Shown in pieces: positions 51,991 to 62,016 of a stretch of 64,000 nucleotides of DNA. The translations under genes were made by a program, and so were the position numbers. This DNA comes from Acidobacteriota bacterium (lineage in GTDB: Bacteria > Acidobacteriota > UBA890 > WLXD01), in NCBI GenBank assembly GCA_965205505.1, contig CBDBHB010000008.1:384001-448000 (forward strand). Direction: 5' to 3'. The notes under the pieces were generated by a model. It was not told where the DNA came from. It did no database searches and saw nothing but the letters and a program-made list of their open reading frames with translations. Within the stretch, counting starts at the first letter, position 1. Each line of letters opens with the position of its first letter.

Positions 51991-53853
51991 TCAGCTCGAT
52001 GGCACCTCTAGCTTGCTGGCCAGCCAGACGGCGATACGCTCGGCCAGGCTCGGATGCGTTGCGAGAAGGCGGCTGGCGTGCTCTGTCCCCGGAACCATCA
52101 ACAGCTCGACGCTGTGACTCTTTTCCCGCAGCGACGCCACGATGTCGTGGAGGTGACGCTCGTCTCTTGACGCGATGAACAGCCAGGGAATGCCGCTGGA
52201 GTCGATCGCGTCGATGGACTCGTCGCTGAACGACCCGGGCGACAGCGCCACGTAGGCCTGCGCGTTTCCATACAGCCTGCCGGCCTCTGCCATTTCCTCG
52301 CCGCTGTAGCTGGCACCCAGGACCGCAATTCTGTCGCCATCGATTTGCGGATGCGCTCTCAGGTACCGCTGCGCGGCGGCGACATCGACCTCTGAATCCC
52401 AGATCAACGGATCGGGTGAGCGTTCGTAGGGTACAAAGCGACCGAGATTGATGCTCTCGCCGTGCCCCCGCAGATCCAGCCGCAACGACGCCACACCCTT
52501 GTTGGCCAGATGAACTGCCAGGGCTTCGTAGACCGTCCGGTCGTCTGCTGCCTTGTTGAGCATTAGAACGGCGGGGGCGGCCTGCTGCGACGCCGGGAGT
52601 CGGAGGTCGCCGACCAGCTCCCAACCATCGTTGGGCACCACGACCCGCACTTCAGTAGCGGTTGTCTGGGCGGGGAGCTCTTCGAACGGGAAGACGCGGC
52701 ACTGCACACCCCAACCACCGAAGGCTTCGGAGATGGCGAACCAGAGCTCGTTGTCTCCCGTCTTCAACGGCAACCACAGCTCGTCGAAGAGTCCGATGGT
52801 GCCCAGGTAGCGGTAGTCGCGGGTGCGATAGGTATTGTCGCCGCCGTAGAGCAGCTGACCGTTGAGATAGACGTTGACGCGGTCGCTGTAGCCGAAGCTG
52901 GTCTTGACGACCCTTTCCTGCTCGGAATGGATCGTGAGGCGCGTGATCGCCGTATCACGACCATCCGCGATCCCTTGAACCTCCGCCAGGTTGGCAATAC
53001 CGGTGCGGTCTGATTGCAGCGCCGTCCAGCTGAGCTCCGCCGAGAGCTCATCGGGAAAGCTCGTCGATCCCTCTAGCCGGCTGCCCTCGAAGGCGCTCGA
53101 AACCTGCCACTCCGTGACTGTCCCTGCCGGCGTCGGCGCTGCACTCCGTGGTGCGCCACGCAACGGCGGATCCTGGATCTTCCGATAGCTGAAATCGGCG
53201 AAGTGCGTCGCCACCACCTCGGAGGAAACCCGCAGACCAATGAGGCCTGGCCGCACGGGCCGCTTGAGCTCGTTGATCACCAACACAGGCTCATCGGAGT
53301 CGACGTAGACCTCGCCTCGGCTGCCGGAGATGACGATCTTGACGTGCGTCCACTCGTCGAACCGATAGTCGATCTGGGCGCTGTAGCCCTCTCCGTGGTA
53401 CAGCTGCCACGACGACAGTCCGTAAAACGCCGGGTTGTACTGGCTGGCGTCGGGGTTGCCGCTCTGGTGCGGACGCATGTAGAACTCTTCGTACTCTCCG
53501 GGCTCCTGCATACGCCAGACGGCGCCCGCGAAGACGCGCTCTGGCGGCAGGGCGACATCGAACTCGAGGATGCCATCGACAAACTCGTCGTCGGCTATCC
53601 ACGCGTAGCCGCCTAGCAAGTAGAGGCTGCTCTTGCCCAGGTGCTCCTCTACGCGCGCTTCGATGGCAGAAAACTCCCATCGATCGGAATCGAACGGCAC
53701 CGGGAGCGATTGCTGGGCGAATAGCGCTGCCGGGCTGGCCACCAGCACTCCGAACACGACAATGAGCACGGCACTGGGCACGCCACGGAACACGCCATTG
53801 GGCAGGTATCGGCCTGGTGTTGAATCAGAGACCCTCGAAAAGCTCTCGAACAT
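51991..53853 (-). CDS. Exported DUF1080-like beta-sandwich protein fused to an alpha/beta hydrolase
   Basis: YEEFYMRPHQSGNPDASQY domain; DLRGHGES, LGASYSG nucleophile elbow, distal Asp and His. Confidence 0.7.
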   Translation of the reverse strand: MFESFSRVSDSTPGRYLPNGVFRGVPSAVLIVVFGVLVASPAALFAQQSLPVPFDSDRWEFSAIEARVEEHLGKSSLYLLGGYAWIADDEFVDGILEFDVALPPERVFAGAVWRMQEPGEYEEFYMRPHQSGNPDASQYNPAFYGLSSWQLYHGEGYSAQIDYRFDEWTHVKIVISGSRGEVYVDSDEPVLVINELKRPVRPGLIGLRVSSEVVATHFADFSYRKIQDPPLRGAPRSAAPTPAGTVTEWQVSSAFEGSRLEGSTSFPDELSAELSWTALQSDRTGIANLAEVQGIADGRDTAITRLTIHSEQERVVKTSFGYSDRVNVYLNGQLLYGGDNTYRTRDYRYLGTIGLFDELWLPLKTGDNELWFAISEAFGGWGVQCRVFPFEELPAQTTATEVRVVVPNDGWELVGDLRLPASQQAAPAVLMLNKAADDRTVYEALAVHLANKGVASLRLDLRGHGESINLGRFVPYERSPDPLIWDSEVDVAAAQRYLRAHPQIDGDRIAVLGASYSGEEMAEAGRLYGNAQAYVALSPGSFSDESIDAIDSSGIPWLFIASRDERHLHDIVASLREKSHSVELLMVPGTEHASRLLATHPSLAERIAVWLASKLEVPSS

Positions 53854-54046
53854 ACAAAAATCCCTCCGGCGGGTGTGTCAAAGCGGCGGAACCAGGCTCG
53901 AATGAGCCGCTTGAAGCCTATCGCCGGAGCACGCAGGGTTCCACGGGACGAGAGTCCTGACCGTAGCGACAACAATCAAGCGTGGTACCAAGCGAGCGGT
54001 ACGCATTGAAGGCACTGCCAACGAACCCACGCGGCGATTCGCCCGG

Positions 54047-56320
54047 CTAGTGGCCTTCCACCACGCGCAGCGGCATCAGCCTGGGCGCCTGGCCATCCGC
54101 GGTCGTATCCACTACTTGCAGCTCGACCAGGTACTCGCCGGGGGCGAGATACGGCAGCGGCAACATCCCGCCGTATACGCCCGGACCCTCGGGCCGCAAT
54201 GCGTAGGCCGGTACCTCCGCGATGGTGTTCCGTGTTGCATGATGGAAGATCGAGGCTGAAACGTGGGGCCGCGTCGCGCCGCTAACTTGAACGCTCGCGA
54301 AGATCTGGATGCCCTCGGATACGCCCTCGTCTAGCAGGGGTCTGAACGCGGCATCGGCCTCCAATACGCCGAGCATCGGATCCGCCATCGTCCACCCGTC
54401 GCTGGACGGAACCTGCACCTGCAGCCTCGACGTGCCGAATCGGTCACCGCCGTCTTCAGCGATCAGCAGCCGGATGTCGTGGATTCCTGGCTCGACGGAC
54501 CACTCCGTCGTGTATCGGAGGTGCTGGAACGGTGCAACCGGTGCGTACCCCGCCAGATCGGTGTGTGGCAGAACCGTCGCGTGAGTCTCGCCGCTGATCT
54601 CGCCCGCACGATCCAACGCGATGGCATGCACTTGGAAGTACGGGATGCCGAGCACGTCGACCAGCTCCTCGCGGTTATCCGCGGCGGGACCGATCCCCTC
54701 GAAGGCGGGCGCCCAGGTACCGGCGATCGTCTCCGCGGGCCGCGGCAACCCGACAACCAGTAGGATCTTGGGCGAGCCGTCGGGCTCAAAGCGGTGGAAC
54801 GCGGCGGCGGGCACCGGGCGTCCCATGACTGAGCCCGGCAGCGCCAAGGCTGCGGCCACCTTGCGCGCCCTGAGCTCCGAATCCGGCAGCTCTCGATAGC
54901 CTGACCGAGCTCGAACCTCCACCTCCGGGTAGCTAACCTGCACCTCGATCTCGTGGTACTCGCCATCCTCGTGTGGCGCCGGTGGCTCATAGAAGATCAA
55001 GTAGAACTGCGTCGCGTCGTTGTACTGCTCCTCGAACGCCCGGTCGAGATCGCTCCAGCCGATGAACGACCGGCCGCCGGTCTTCGCAGCCAGGTCCACG
55101 AGCGGTACGGTGAGATCGCGATAGGCTGGCCGCACGTGGCGTCGCAGAGCCGTGGAGACCACGGCAGTGCCGATGGTGGCGCTGGTGCTGAGGTTGTTGA
55201 GTTCCGAGATCGGGCGCGGATCGACCGTGTAAATGCTCACGTTGCCGGTGTTCGCAGTTTCGTACACCTCGTCCATCAAGTCGACGACGCGCTGGCTCAG
55301 TGCCGATCTTTCAACAGTCGAAGGTCCCGTCGGAGCGTTGACTGCCTGACGCACCGCCGTTGCGAAAGCCGAGTAGGGGCCCCCCTCGGTGATCATCGCA
55401 CCGGAGGAGATCCACACCAGGGCAGTGCGGCCTTCCATTGCCGACAAGGCGTTGATGAAGTGAAGAAGAGTCCGAAGTGTCTGCTCGGCGCGCCGGCGCT
55501 CGCGCTCGCCATCCAACCTGGCCTTTCGCTCGAGGTTGTCGAGAAGCTGGAGCACCATGACCGGGGTCAAAGTGGCGCGACGCAGCGCCCCCGGCGAATT
55601 GGACGCGTCGATCGCCAACTGCATGAATGGCTCATACTCCTGCTCCATGCGGCTAAAGATAGACATGCTCGTCAGCCCCGCCGCCGCCACCGACGCCGCC
55701 GCGTTGCGAAGCACTTCACGATCGGTTGTCAGTGGGGCCATCTCCTGCACTGTGCCGGTGTTGTCGATCAGGAACACGCTGCGCGGCACCTCCAGGTCAC
55801 CCTCCCCTTCGAAGAAACTCCCGAGAGTCTTGATAAGCCGAGGGTTGTTCCTTCGATCCAGGCTCGGCAGGTCGACCAGGTAGACCACAGCCCCGAGACT
55901 TGCAGGGCTTCGCCGGACGGGTGTGGGCTCCGCTGGCACAGCGAGCGATTCGGCGCGCGCAGTGACCGCTTCGTCGTGAGAGGCCACCTTGGTGACCTGT
56001 CCTCTTGTCAGGCTGACGAACTGGACGTTCAAGATCTCCTGCTCGACTCCGTCCTCGAAGACCCGGAAGTCGTCCGCCTTCAAGTCGTGGATGAAGTTGC
56101 CGTCCTTGTCGGCAACGATGGCGTCGACACGCACGCGCCTGACCGCCGACCGGAACATCGGCCTCTGCGCCGGCAGCGCCTCCTGAGCCAGCATCACGGA
56201 AGACGCCGCACTCCAGCTCACGCCGGGCACCGCGACGGCACTCGCAACCGGTAGCCCGGTGACGGTCAACGCCAAGACGAAGCCGAAGAAACGAATTGCG
56301 TGCTCACGCTCTTTCACCAA
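54047..56320 (-). CDS. Acidobacterial VWA domain-containing exported protein
   Basis: FRSAVRRVRVDAIV.DKDG..DL..DDF.VFEDG.EQ, GRTALVWISSG, LAAKTGG, DGEYHEIEV, VRARSGY. Confidence 0.82.
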   Translation of the reverse strand: MVKEREHAIRFFGFVLALTVTGLPVASAVAVPGVSWSAASSVMLAQEALPAQRPMFRSAVRRVRVDAIVADKDGNFIHDLKADDFRVFEDGVEQEILNVQFVSLTRGQVTKVASHDEAVTARAESLAVPAEPTPVRRSPASLGAVVYLVDLPSLDRRNNPRLIKTLGSFFEGEGDLEVPRSVFLIDNTGTVQEMAPLTTDREVLRNAAASVAAAGLTSMSIFSRMEQEYEPFMQLAIDASNSPGALRRATLTPVMVLQLLDNLERKARLDGERERRRAEQTLRTLLHFINALSAMEGRTALVWISSGAMITEGGPYSAFATAVRQAVNAPTGPSTVERSALSQRVVDLMDEVYETANTGNVSIYTVDPRPISELNNLSTSATIGTAVVSTALRRHVRPAYRDLTVPLVDLAAKTGGRSFIGWSDLDRAFEEQYNDATQFYLIFYEPPAPHEDGEYHEIEVQVSYPEVEVRARSGYRELPDSELRARKVAAALALPGSVMGRPVPAAAFHRFEPDGSPKILLVVGLPRPAETIAGTWAPAFEGIGPAADNREELVDVLGIPYFQVHAIALDRAGEISGETHATVLPHTDLAGYAPVAPFQHLRYTTEWSVEPGIHDIRLLIAEDGGDRFGTSRLQVQVPSSDGWTMADPMLGVLEADAAFRPLLDEGVSEGIQIFASVQVSGATRPHVSASIFHHATRNTIAEVPAYALRPEGPGVYGGMLPLPYLAPGEYLVELQVVDTTADGQAPRLMPLRVVEGH

Positions 56321-56351
56321 AGATCTCCTGCGCCCAAGGGCACCTCACACA

Positions 56352-56474
56352 TCACCGCAAACCTACCCGCCGGCGGCCCAGGCGCGTGTCCTGCGCCAGG
56401 TACACCTCACCCATGCCGCCAGCACCGAGCTGCTCGGTGATCTCGTAATGGCCTAGTTTCGTGCCGGGTTCCAT
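56352..56474 (-). pseudogene. N-terminal remnant of a Hanks-type Ser/Thr kinase
   Basis: [34 protein letters not shown], then loss of similarity and a stop. Confidence 0.8.
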
Positions 56475-56542
56475 GGCGCTACCGAGGCAGGGTGGGTGAG
56501 CGCCTGAAGCGTACCGCTGGGGCACGCGTGGGTCCACGGGAG

Positions 56543-56982
56543 GGCACTGTCAAGTTAACGCGCTGCCTGGCACCGTTCGCCGATGAGCAATGATCGGCTG
56601 AGCTATCGTCGGCGCCGCTTCCTGCCCGAGATCATCAGCCACGCCGTTTGGCTGTATCATCGCTTTGGCTTGAGCCTCCGAGACGTCGAAGATCTCCTGG
56701 CGGAGCGAGGTGTCACCGTCTCGTACGAGGCGATCCGGTATTGGTGCGCGAAGTTCGGCCTGGAGTACGCCCGCAGGCTTCGTCAGCGGCAAGGCCGGCT
56801 CGGAGACGCACCGGAGTGTGATGCCCTCGGTGGAGCACGTAACCAGGCGCTACGCGGACTACCGGGTACTTCGCACTAGTGCTTTTGGGACCTGGAGTGC
56901 GGTAGTCACCGCCTGAAGGAACCCAACTCCAGGGCCAGAACTTGCCCCAATCCGAGCGTCGCGCAGTTAACTTGACAGTGCC
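56543..56982 (+). mobile_element. Internally deleted IS6-family element
   Basis: 17-bp TIRs GGCACTGTCAAGTTAAC / GTTAACTTGACAGTGCC; transposase N-terminus (RFLPEIISHAVWLY..SLRDVEDLLAERG) joined to its C-terminus with the DDE core missing. Confidence 0.88.
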
Positions 56983-57016
56983 CTGGCCGATGACCTCAAG
57001 CACCTCGCCGTAAGCC

Positions 57017-59086
57017 CTAGAAGTTGTTCGGAAAGTCGCCGGGTTCGCCGGCGTGCATACTTTCGGACCACTGCCAATCGAACACCGGCCGAACCACGTT
57101 GCAGATGAGCTCGTTCACGGCGCGGTGGCTTTGCTGCCACGCCGCGTTCGTGAGCGAAACCCACGCGGCATCCGAGTTCGAGATCGTAATCCGACCGAAT
57201 TGCTGACGACCGACCACCCATGGGGCATCCATCCGGTGTGACCAGTCGGGATCGTACAGCTCATTCGACCCGGGTGCGTATGCATGACTCCAGCGGTTGA
57301 TGATGATACCCGCGACATCACGCTGTGAGTCGAAGCCGCCAGGTCCCAGCACACGATCGAGCTGTGAGCGGATGTTGCGCTCGAAGGTCTCGAAGGTGAT
57401 CTCCTGCAGCTCGGTACGGCTGGCCTTCCATTGTTCGCGCGGCGGGAGCCCGGAGCCCGCCTTCTCCAGGATGCGAGCGGTGAGGGACATCCGGACGACA
57501 ATCGGCTCGTCCGGCGTGGACGCGTTCTGATACCCGCCGATGGCCGTTGGGACGGAGAGCCCGATCGACGTATAGAACATGCCTGGGCAGTTGATCGACG
57601 AGACGCCCAGCTTCTGGAACGCGCGCCAGTTGCGGATGGCCACACTGGTCGTGACGAGCGGCTTGCGCACCGCCATGTGCAAGGCGGCCTTCTGCGCCTC
57701 AGGCAGGTCCGGCACCAGGTAGGGAATGATGGCGTTGAAGCAGGCCATCACGACGCCGCGCGCGCGAACGGTGTGGGGTCTGCCGTCACGCAGATAGGTC
57801 ACCTCGACTTCCTTGGCCGTCACAGGGTCGCCCAGGTGCCTGGCGCGGATCGCCGTACTGGACAGACGAATGCGCACATCGTTCGTCGGACGGTCCAAGG
57901 CGGCGTAATCGATATTCTGCAAGACCGAATCATCCGCCGTGCGGCCTGGCAACGCGTCCGGTATCAGCCACCGGACCAAGAGCCGCGCCGCGGTGGTCGC
58001 GTTGTCGGGCCAGGCGATGTTCCGCCCCGGGTCTTTGACCAGGTTCGACAACTGCGAGGCGGGCGGGAGAGCCATCCCGTTAAAGCCGGGCGCGCTTTTG
58101 CGCCAGGCATACCAGGCGCTATAGGTATCCGGACCGGCGGTCTGGTTGGTCCCACCCGTGCCGCCCACCGAGAGGACATGGGCTACCGCGTCGGGATGGA
58201 TCTTGACGACGTTGCTCACAAAGTCGATGTAGCTCATCTTCTTGAGTTGCTCGACTTTCTCCGCGGTCGGGACCCCGGGCATCCAGTCACGGTGCTCGGT
58301 GAACAGCTTCAACAAGCCCTCTCGGGTGCCGGCTGAGTACGGCGTCTGGGCAAAGAATTCGGCGAACTGAGCATTCGTCGTCCCTTCCTCGCCCCTGCGG
58401 CCCCGGAGGCCCAATTCGGGCGGTGGGTCCATAACGAGCCGGTCCTCACCAGAGGACTCCTTGCCGAAGAACACCGCTCGCCGGAGACCCAACTCTCGCG
58501 GGGCGTTCGGGTTTTTGGCCACTTCTCTATCGTGGTGAGCGCGGTCAATCCCGATATCGCGCATCAACTCCTGTGCCTCGGGCGTAAACGTATTCGGACG
58601 CCAGAGGGCGGCGGTGCCGCCGCCCGCAATCAGGCGCTTGCCGTCCACCATGAATTCGTTGCGCACGGCGTGGCCCCCGAAATCTTCGCACGCATCGATC
58701 AGCAAGACCTTCGAGTGCGGGATCTGCTTCCGATAAAAATAGGCGGCGCCAAGTCCGGCCATGCCGGCACCCACAACAACCAGGTCGTAGAACTCGCCGG
58801 TATCGACCGGGGCGCTGAACGCTGTCCCGTCGCGGACGGCATGCCCCGCATTCATGGCCGCGTCAGTTTGCCCGCGGAGCCCTGTGATCATCGGTGGATA
58901 ATCCGAAGGCGGCGCTGACGGCAGCGGCAGTTGCGAGGATGCCGTCTGCGCGTGCGCGGGGGTGCCGCCTGCCAGAGTGGGGACCATCATCGTCCCCCCG
59001 ACGGTTATGGCCACGCCGTCCAGGAAATCCCGCCGTGAGATTCCTTCATCCATGCCGAGTGCGCGATCACGCTTCTTCTTGTTCAT
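57017..59086 (-). CDS. Tat-exported FAD-dependent oxidoreductase, spermidine dehydrogenase (SpdH)-like
   Basis: ISRRDFLDG Tat motif, YPP..TGLRG, VVGAGMAG, DFGGHAVRNEF, NRWSHAY, GRITISNSD. Confidence 0.82.
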   Translation of the reverse strand: MNKKKRDRALGMDEGISRRDFLDGVAITVGGTMMVPTLAGGTPAHAQTASSQLPLPSAPPSDYPPMITGLRGQTDAAMNAGHAVRDGTAFSAPVDTGEFYDLVVVGAGMAGLGAAYFYRKQIPHSKVLLIDACEDFGGHAVRNEFMVDGKRLIAGGGTAALWRPNTFTPEAQELMRDIGIDRAHHDREVAKNPNAPRELGLRRAVFFGKESSGEDRLVMDPPPELGLRGRRGEEGTTNAQFAEFFAQTPYSAGTREGLLKLFTEHRDWMPGVPTAEKVEQLKKMSYIDFVSNVVKIHPDAVAHVLSVGGTGGTNQTAGPDTYSAWYAWRKSAPGFNGMALPPASQLSNLVKDPGRNIAWPDNATTAARLLVRWLIPDALPGRTADDSVLQNIDYAALDRPTNDVRIRLSSTAIRARHLGDPVTAKEVEVTYLRDGRPHTVRARGVVMACFNAIIPYLVPDLPEAQKAALHMAVRKPLVTTSVAIRNWRAFQKLGVSSINCPGMFYTSIGLSVPTAIGGYQNASTPDEPIVVRMSLTARILEKAGSGLPPREQWKASRTELQEITFETFERNIRSQLDRVLGPGGFDSQRDVAGIIINRWSHAYAPGSNELYDPDWSHRMDAPWVVGRQQFGRITISNSDAAWVSLTNAAWQQSHRAVNELICNVVRPVFDWQWSESMHAGEPGDFPNNF

Positions 59087-59241
59087 GACACATCTCCTGT
59101 CAGCAAGATGACGAAGGCCCCAAGTCGCTTGCCCGGGGAGGCCAACCGCCCGAGGTTCGGATCCAGTACGTTGGTGTGACAGATGCCACACCAACGAAAG
59201 CCCACTGCAACCTCTGCGTTGCATGATGAGCAGTTCGCCAT
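59083..59241 (-). pseudogene. Zinc-ribbon + RDD-family N-terminal remnant
   Basis: MANCSSC...WCGIC...LASPGKRLGAFVI, then truncated. Confidence 0.55.
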
Positions 59242-59429
59242 GACCCGTCTCCTTCTGGCCGGAAGAGCGTTCCAACAAGTTGATCCGATGTTGGCAAACA
59301 CGCCCTTGTAGATAGCGCTCGGATGCAAGCACGGCGTCGCCACTATGTCCAGCCCGAGCGCTGAGGCCGCACCCCGCATGGTGGTGATGCCGAGATGCTG
59401 CGTAGCGTGCAGTTCTGGACCATGTAACG

Positions 59430-59493
59430 CAGATCCACGGTCGCTCTCAACTGGTTCGACGAGCTGAAGCGGCTCGTGCCGACGGACCCGTAG
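59430..59493 (+). pseudogene. C-terminal remnant of a Ser/Thr kinase (contains 26-bp repeat copy 2 at 59446-59471)
   Basis: LNWFDELKRLVPTDP*. Confidence 0.7.
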
Positions 59494-59620
59494 CGTCCTG
59501 GGCCAAGTCTCGCGAGCCGAGCCACCCGCCCATTGCTCTGTCGAGGGCGCGCAGCGGGTTCTCCGGTAAACAAATGGCCCCGAAAGTGGCCCCAAGCCCG
59601 GATGGCCGGAGCCAGAAAAA

Positions 59621-59684
59621 TGGCGGAAGCGCCTGGGAATCGAACCCAGCAAGGACGCCTTCCGACGCCCCCCAACGGATTTGA
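59621..59684 (-). tRNA. 3' fragment of tRNA-Sec (att-site remnant, not a full gene)
   Basis: TCAAATCC-GTTGGGGGGCGTCGGAAGGCGTCCTT-GCTGGGTTCGATTCCCAGGCGCTTCCGCCA; long variable arm; no 5' GGAAGCG half upstream. Confidence 0.75.
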
Positions 59685-59846
59685 CGTCTGTGAAGGTCGA
59701 GGCAGCGCAGCGCGACAGTGTTGACCATCGGCAAGGCCATTTTCCCGTGACCATCCGTTACCCGGCCGTTACCGTAGCCCCAGACGCAGTAAATCCCGGT
59801 GACCAGCACGGGGAAGTAAGTTGCTGAGCCACCGGGACTTACTGGA

Positions 59847-59889
59847 GTAGTGGGGGTAGGATTCGAGCCTACGACCTTCGGGTTATGAG
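59847..59889 (-). tRNA. Degenerate 3' fragment of initiator tRNA-Met (att-site remnant)
   Basis: CTCATAACCCGAAGGTCGTAGGCTCGAATCCTACCCCCACTAC; 5' half absent. Confidence 0.7.
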
Positions 59890-59976
59890 ATTGACGAGGG
59901 CCGATTCTAAGTCCCTTAGACCCTTACAGATAGGGCTTTTGCCGCATCTCTCCAAGGCAAAACGCGGCAACATGAG

Positions 59977-60180
59977 TTACTCGTCGGTTACACTTTCGCC
60001 ACCGCCTTCGAGCTCCTCCAGGAGCCGTTTCGCGTCCGGCATCAGGTGACCGTAAACATCCACGGTCACCTGGAACGAGGAGTGGCCCGCCGCTCGTGAA
60101 ACGCGGAACGGGTTGGCACCTCCGACCAGCATGTTCGACACCCATGTGTGTCGCAGACCGTGGAACCCGTGGTAGCGGCA
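59977..60180 (-). pseudogene. Tyrosine integrase C-terminal remnant
   Basis: Manual translation FHGLRHTWVSNMLVGGANPFRVSRAAGHSSFQVTVDVYGHLMPD...E*. Confidence 0.8.
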
Positions 60181-60208
60181 GACTGAAAAGGGACTGTGAG
60201 ACTCAGGC

Positions 60209-60442
60209 CTAGCCGCGAAGGGTCCGCACCGGCAGCTGGAAGATAGCGTAGCCCCAGACGAACGCGCTGAACACGCCGCCCATCTGCACGGCGGAGATCC
60301 CCAGCTCCGAGGTTACGAACGGGGCGGCGATCGACAGGTTCAGCCGCACGACGTAGGAGACAAAGCTCAGGCCAAGCAACAACCCGAGGATCCGCCAGCG
60401 GACCATCGTTGGTCGGTCGGTGCTCATCGGTACCTGCGTCAT
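60209..60442 (-). pseudogene. MFS transporter (ACS family) N-terminal remnant
   Basis: RPTMVRWRIL...SYVVRLNLSIAAP...GGVFSAFVWGYAIFQLP, then truncated. Confidence 0.75.
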
Positions 60443-60760
60443 GGACCCGCCGGGGAGCCCGACGGGCAAGAAACCGCGCTCTTTGCCGCTTACCGTCCGG
60501 CGCTCGGGCTCGATCTTGCGGTGACCCCCCACGGACGCCGCCACGCCGACGCCGCTTCTCCGAGGCCGAGCCTGGCCTCGTGGGACCATACCTGAAGTCT
60601 CCCCCCGACACTATGGCTCCGTCAGCGCGGGGTGAGCCAGTTAACCTGCGTTTGGCGCGTTATGGGCATGGAGCGAGATCCTCTCGTTCCAGCGCCTGGC
60701 TCGCGGATGTTGGCCGGCATGACATCGACCAGAAACGGTGACAGCCCGATGCTAGCCGCC

Positions 60761-62016
60761 ATGTCGACCGTACCGAACGCCGGGCGAGCTCCCGCAGCGG
60801 CGCCGATCGCGACACGAGCCCGTCTCGGGGCAAGGCTAGCTCGACTGGTCTGGTGCGCCGTGCTGTTCATGGCGGCGTCTTGGCTGGTAGTTCCGAGCGC
60901 CGAGGCCCAGTTGAACAGCGGACAGCGCATGAGGGTCCCGGGTGAGGTCTACGCCGGCGAACCCCTCCGCGAGATCGCGGCACAGTCCGCCGCGTTGCTC
61001 CGTGGCCAGTTCGACGATGCGACGAGCTCGTTCCTTGTCGAGCTGGCACCCCTCCCCGAGTCGCAGCGCCGTGGGCTGACGAACGCCAACGAAAAGCCCG
61101 GAGCTCCTCTGCAGATCGGCGTTGAACGCACCGTGCCGCCACGGTTCCGAGGAGCCATGCGCAGCAGCAACCTGGACTGGATCGTTACCCCTGACGGGGG
61201 CATGGCGGCGACGTTCACCGTGAGGTCACCCGGGGCCGTCGCCACGCGCGTGGCGCTGCGAATGGCGCAGGTTCCAGCGGGGGTGCAGGTCCGGTTCTTC
61301 AATGCGGCGCAGCCGGGGCAGAGCTTCGGGCCTTATGGGCGCGACGAATTCCGGGCCCAGGCGCACGCGGCGATGGATGCTGGCGGCGCGCCGGGTCCGT
61401 ATTGGTCGCCTGTGGTCGGCGGCGACACGCTCGGCGTCGAGATCTATGTGCGGCGTCGGGCGCAGCGCGACCGCCTCGAGTTCTCGATCGAGGGCGTCGC
61501 CCACCTGCTTTACTCGCCGAAGTACTCCGACCCGGAAGATATCGTCGGGGTCAAGGCCTCGCAAAGCTGCGAGATCGATCTTGCCTGCAAGTCCAGTTGG
61601 CAATCGGCAGGCAACGCTGTGGCGCGGATCGTTTTTCAGGACGGCGGCACCTTCCTGTGCACGGGCCAGCTCATGAGCGATGCCGATCCGAACAGCACAA
61701 TCCCCTACTTCAGCACCGCGACCCATTGCGTCGGCAACCAAGGAGCTGCGGGCTCGATCAACTTCTTCTGGTTTGACCAGCGGACCGGCTGCGGCGGAGG
61801 CGGCACGACCACTCAGCAGACCTCCGGTGGCGCCACCTTGCTGTCCGCCTCGGGCACCAACAGCGGCACTGACTTCTCGTTCATGCGTCTGAACCAGTCT
61901 CCGCCAGGCGGCGTCAGCTTCTTGGGATGGGACACCGGCACGGTGGGTCTGGGCGCGGCGATCACCGGCATCCATCATCCGGCTGGTGACGTCAAAAAGA
62001 TCAGCCAGGGCACCCT
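60761..62016 (+). pseudogene. Lysyl endopeptidase-like (S1, Achromobacter protease I type) protease, truncated before the catalytic Ser
   Basis: Signal peptide and propeptide (YWSPVVGGD); CTGQL, TATHC, DFSFMRL, GIHHPAGDVKKIS; no GSSGS. Confidence 0.75.

Noticed and set aside
57017-59332. 771-aa extended N-terminus for the oxidoreductase
   Set aside because: The upstream part overlaps an unrelated RDD remnant; the RBS and Tat signal support the start at 59086
59621-59889. Functional tRNA-Sec and tRNA-Met genes
   Set aside because: 5' halves (acceptor 5' strand, D arm) are absent and the Met T-loop is mutated
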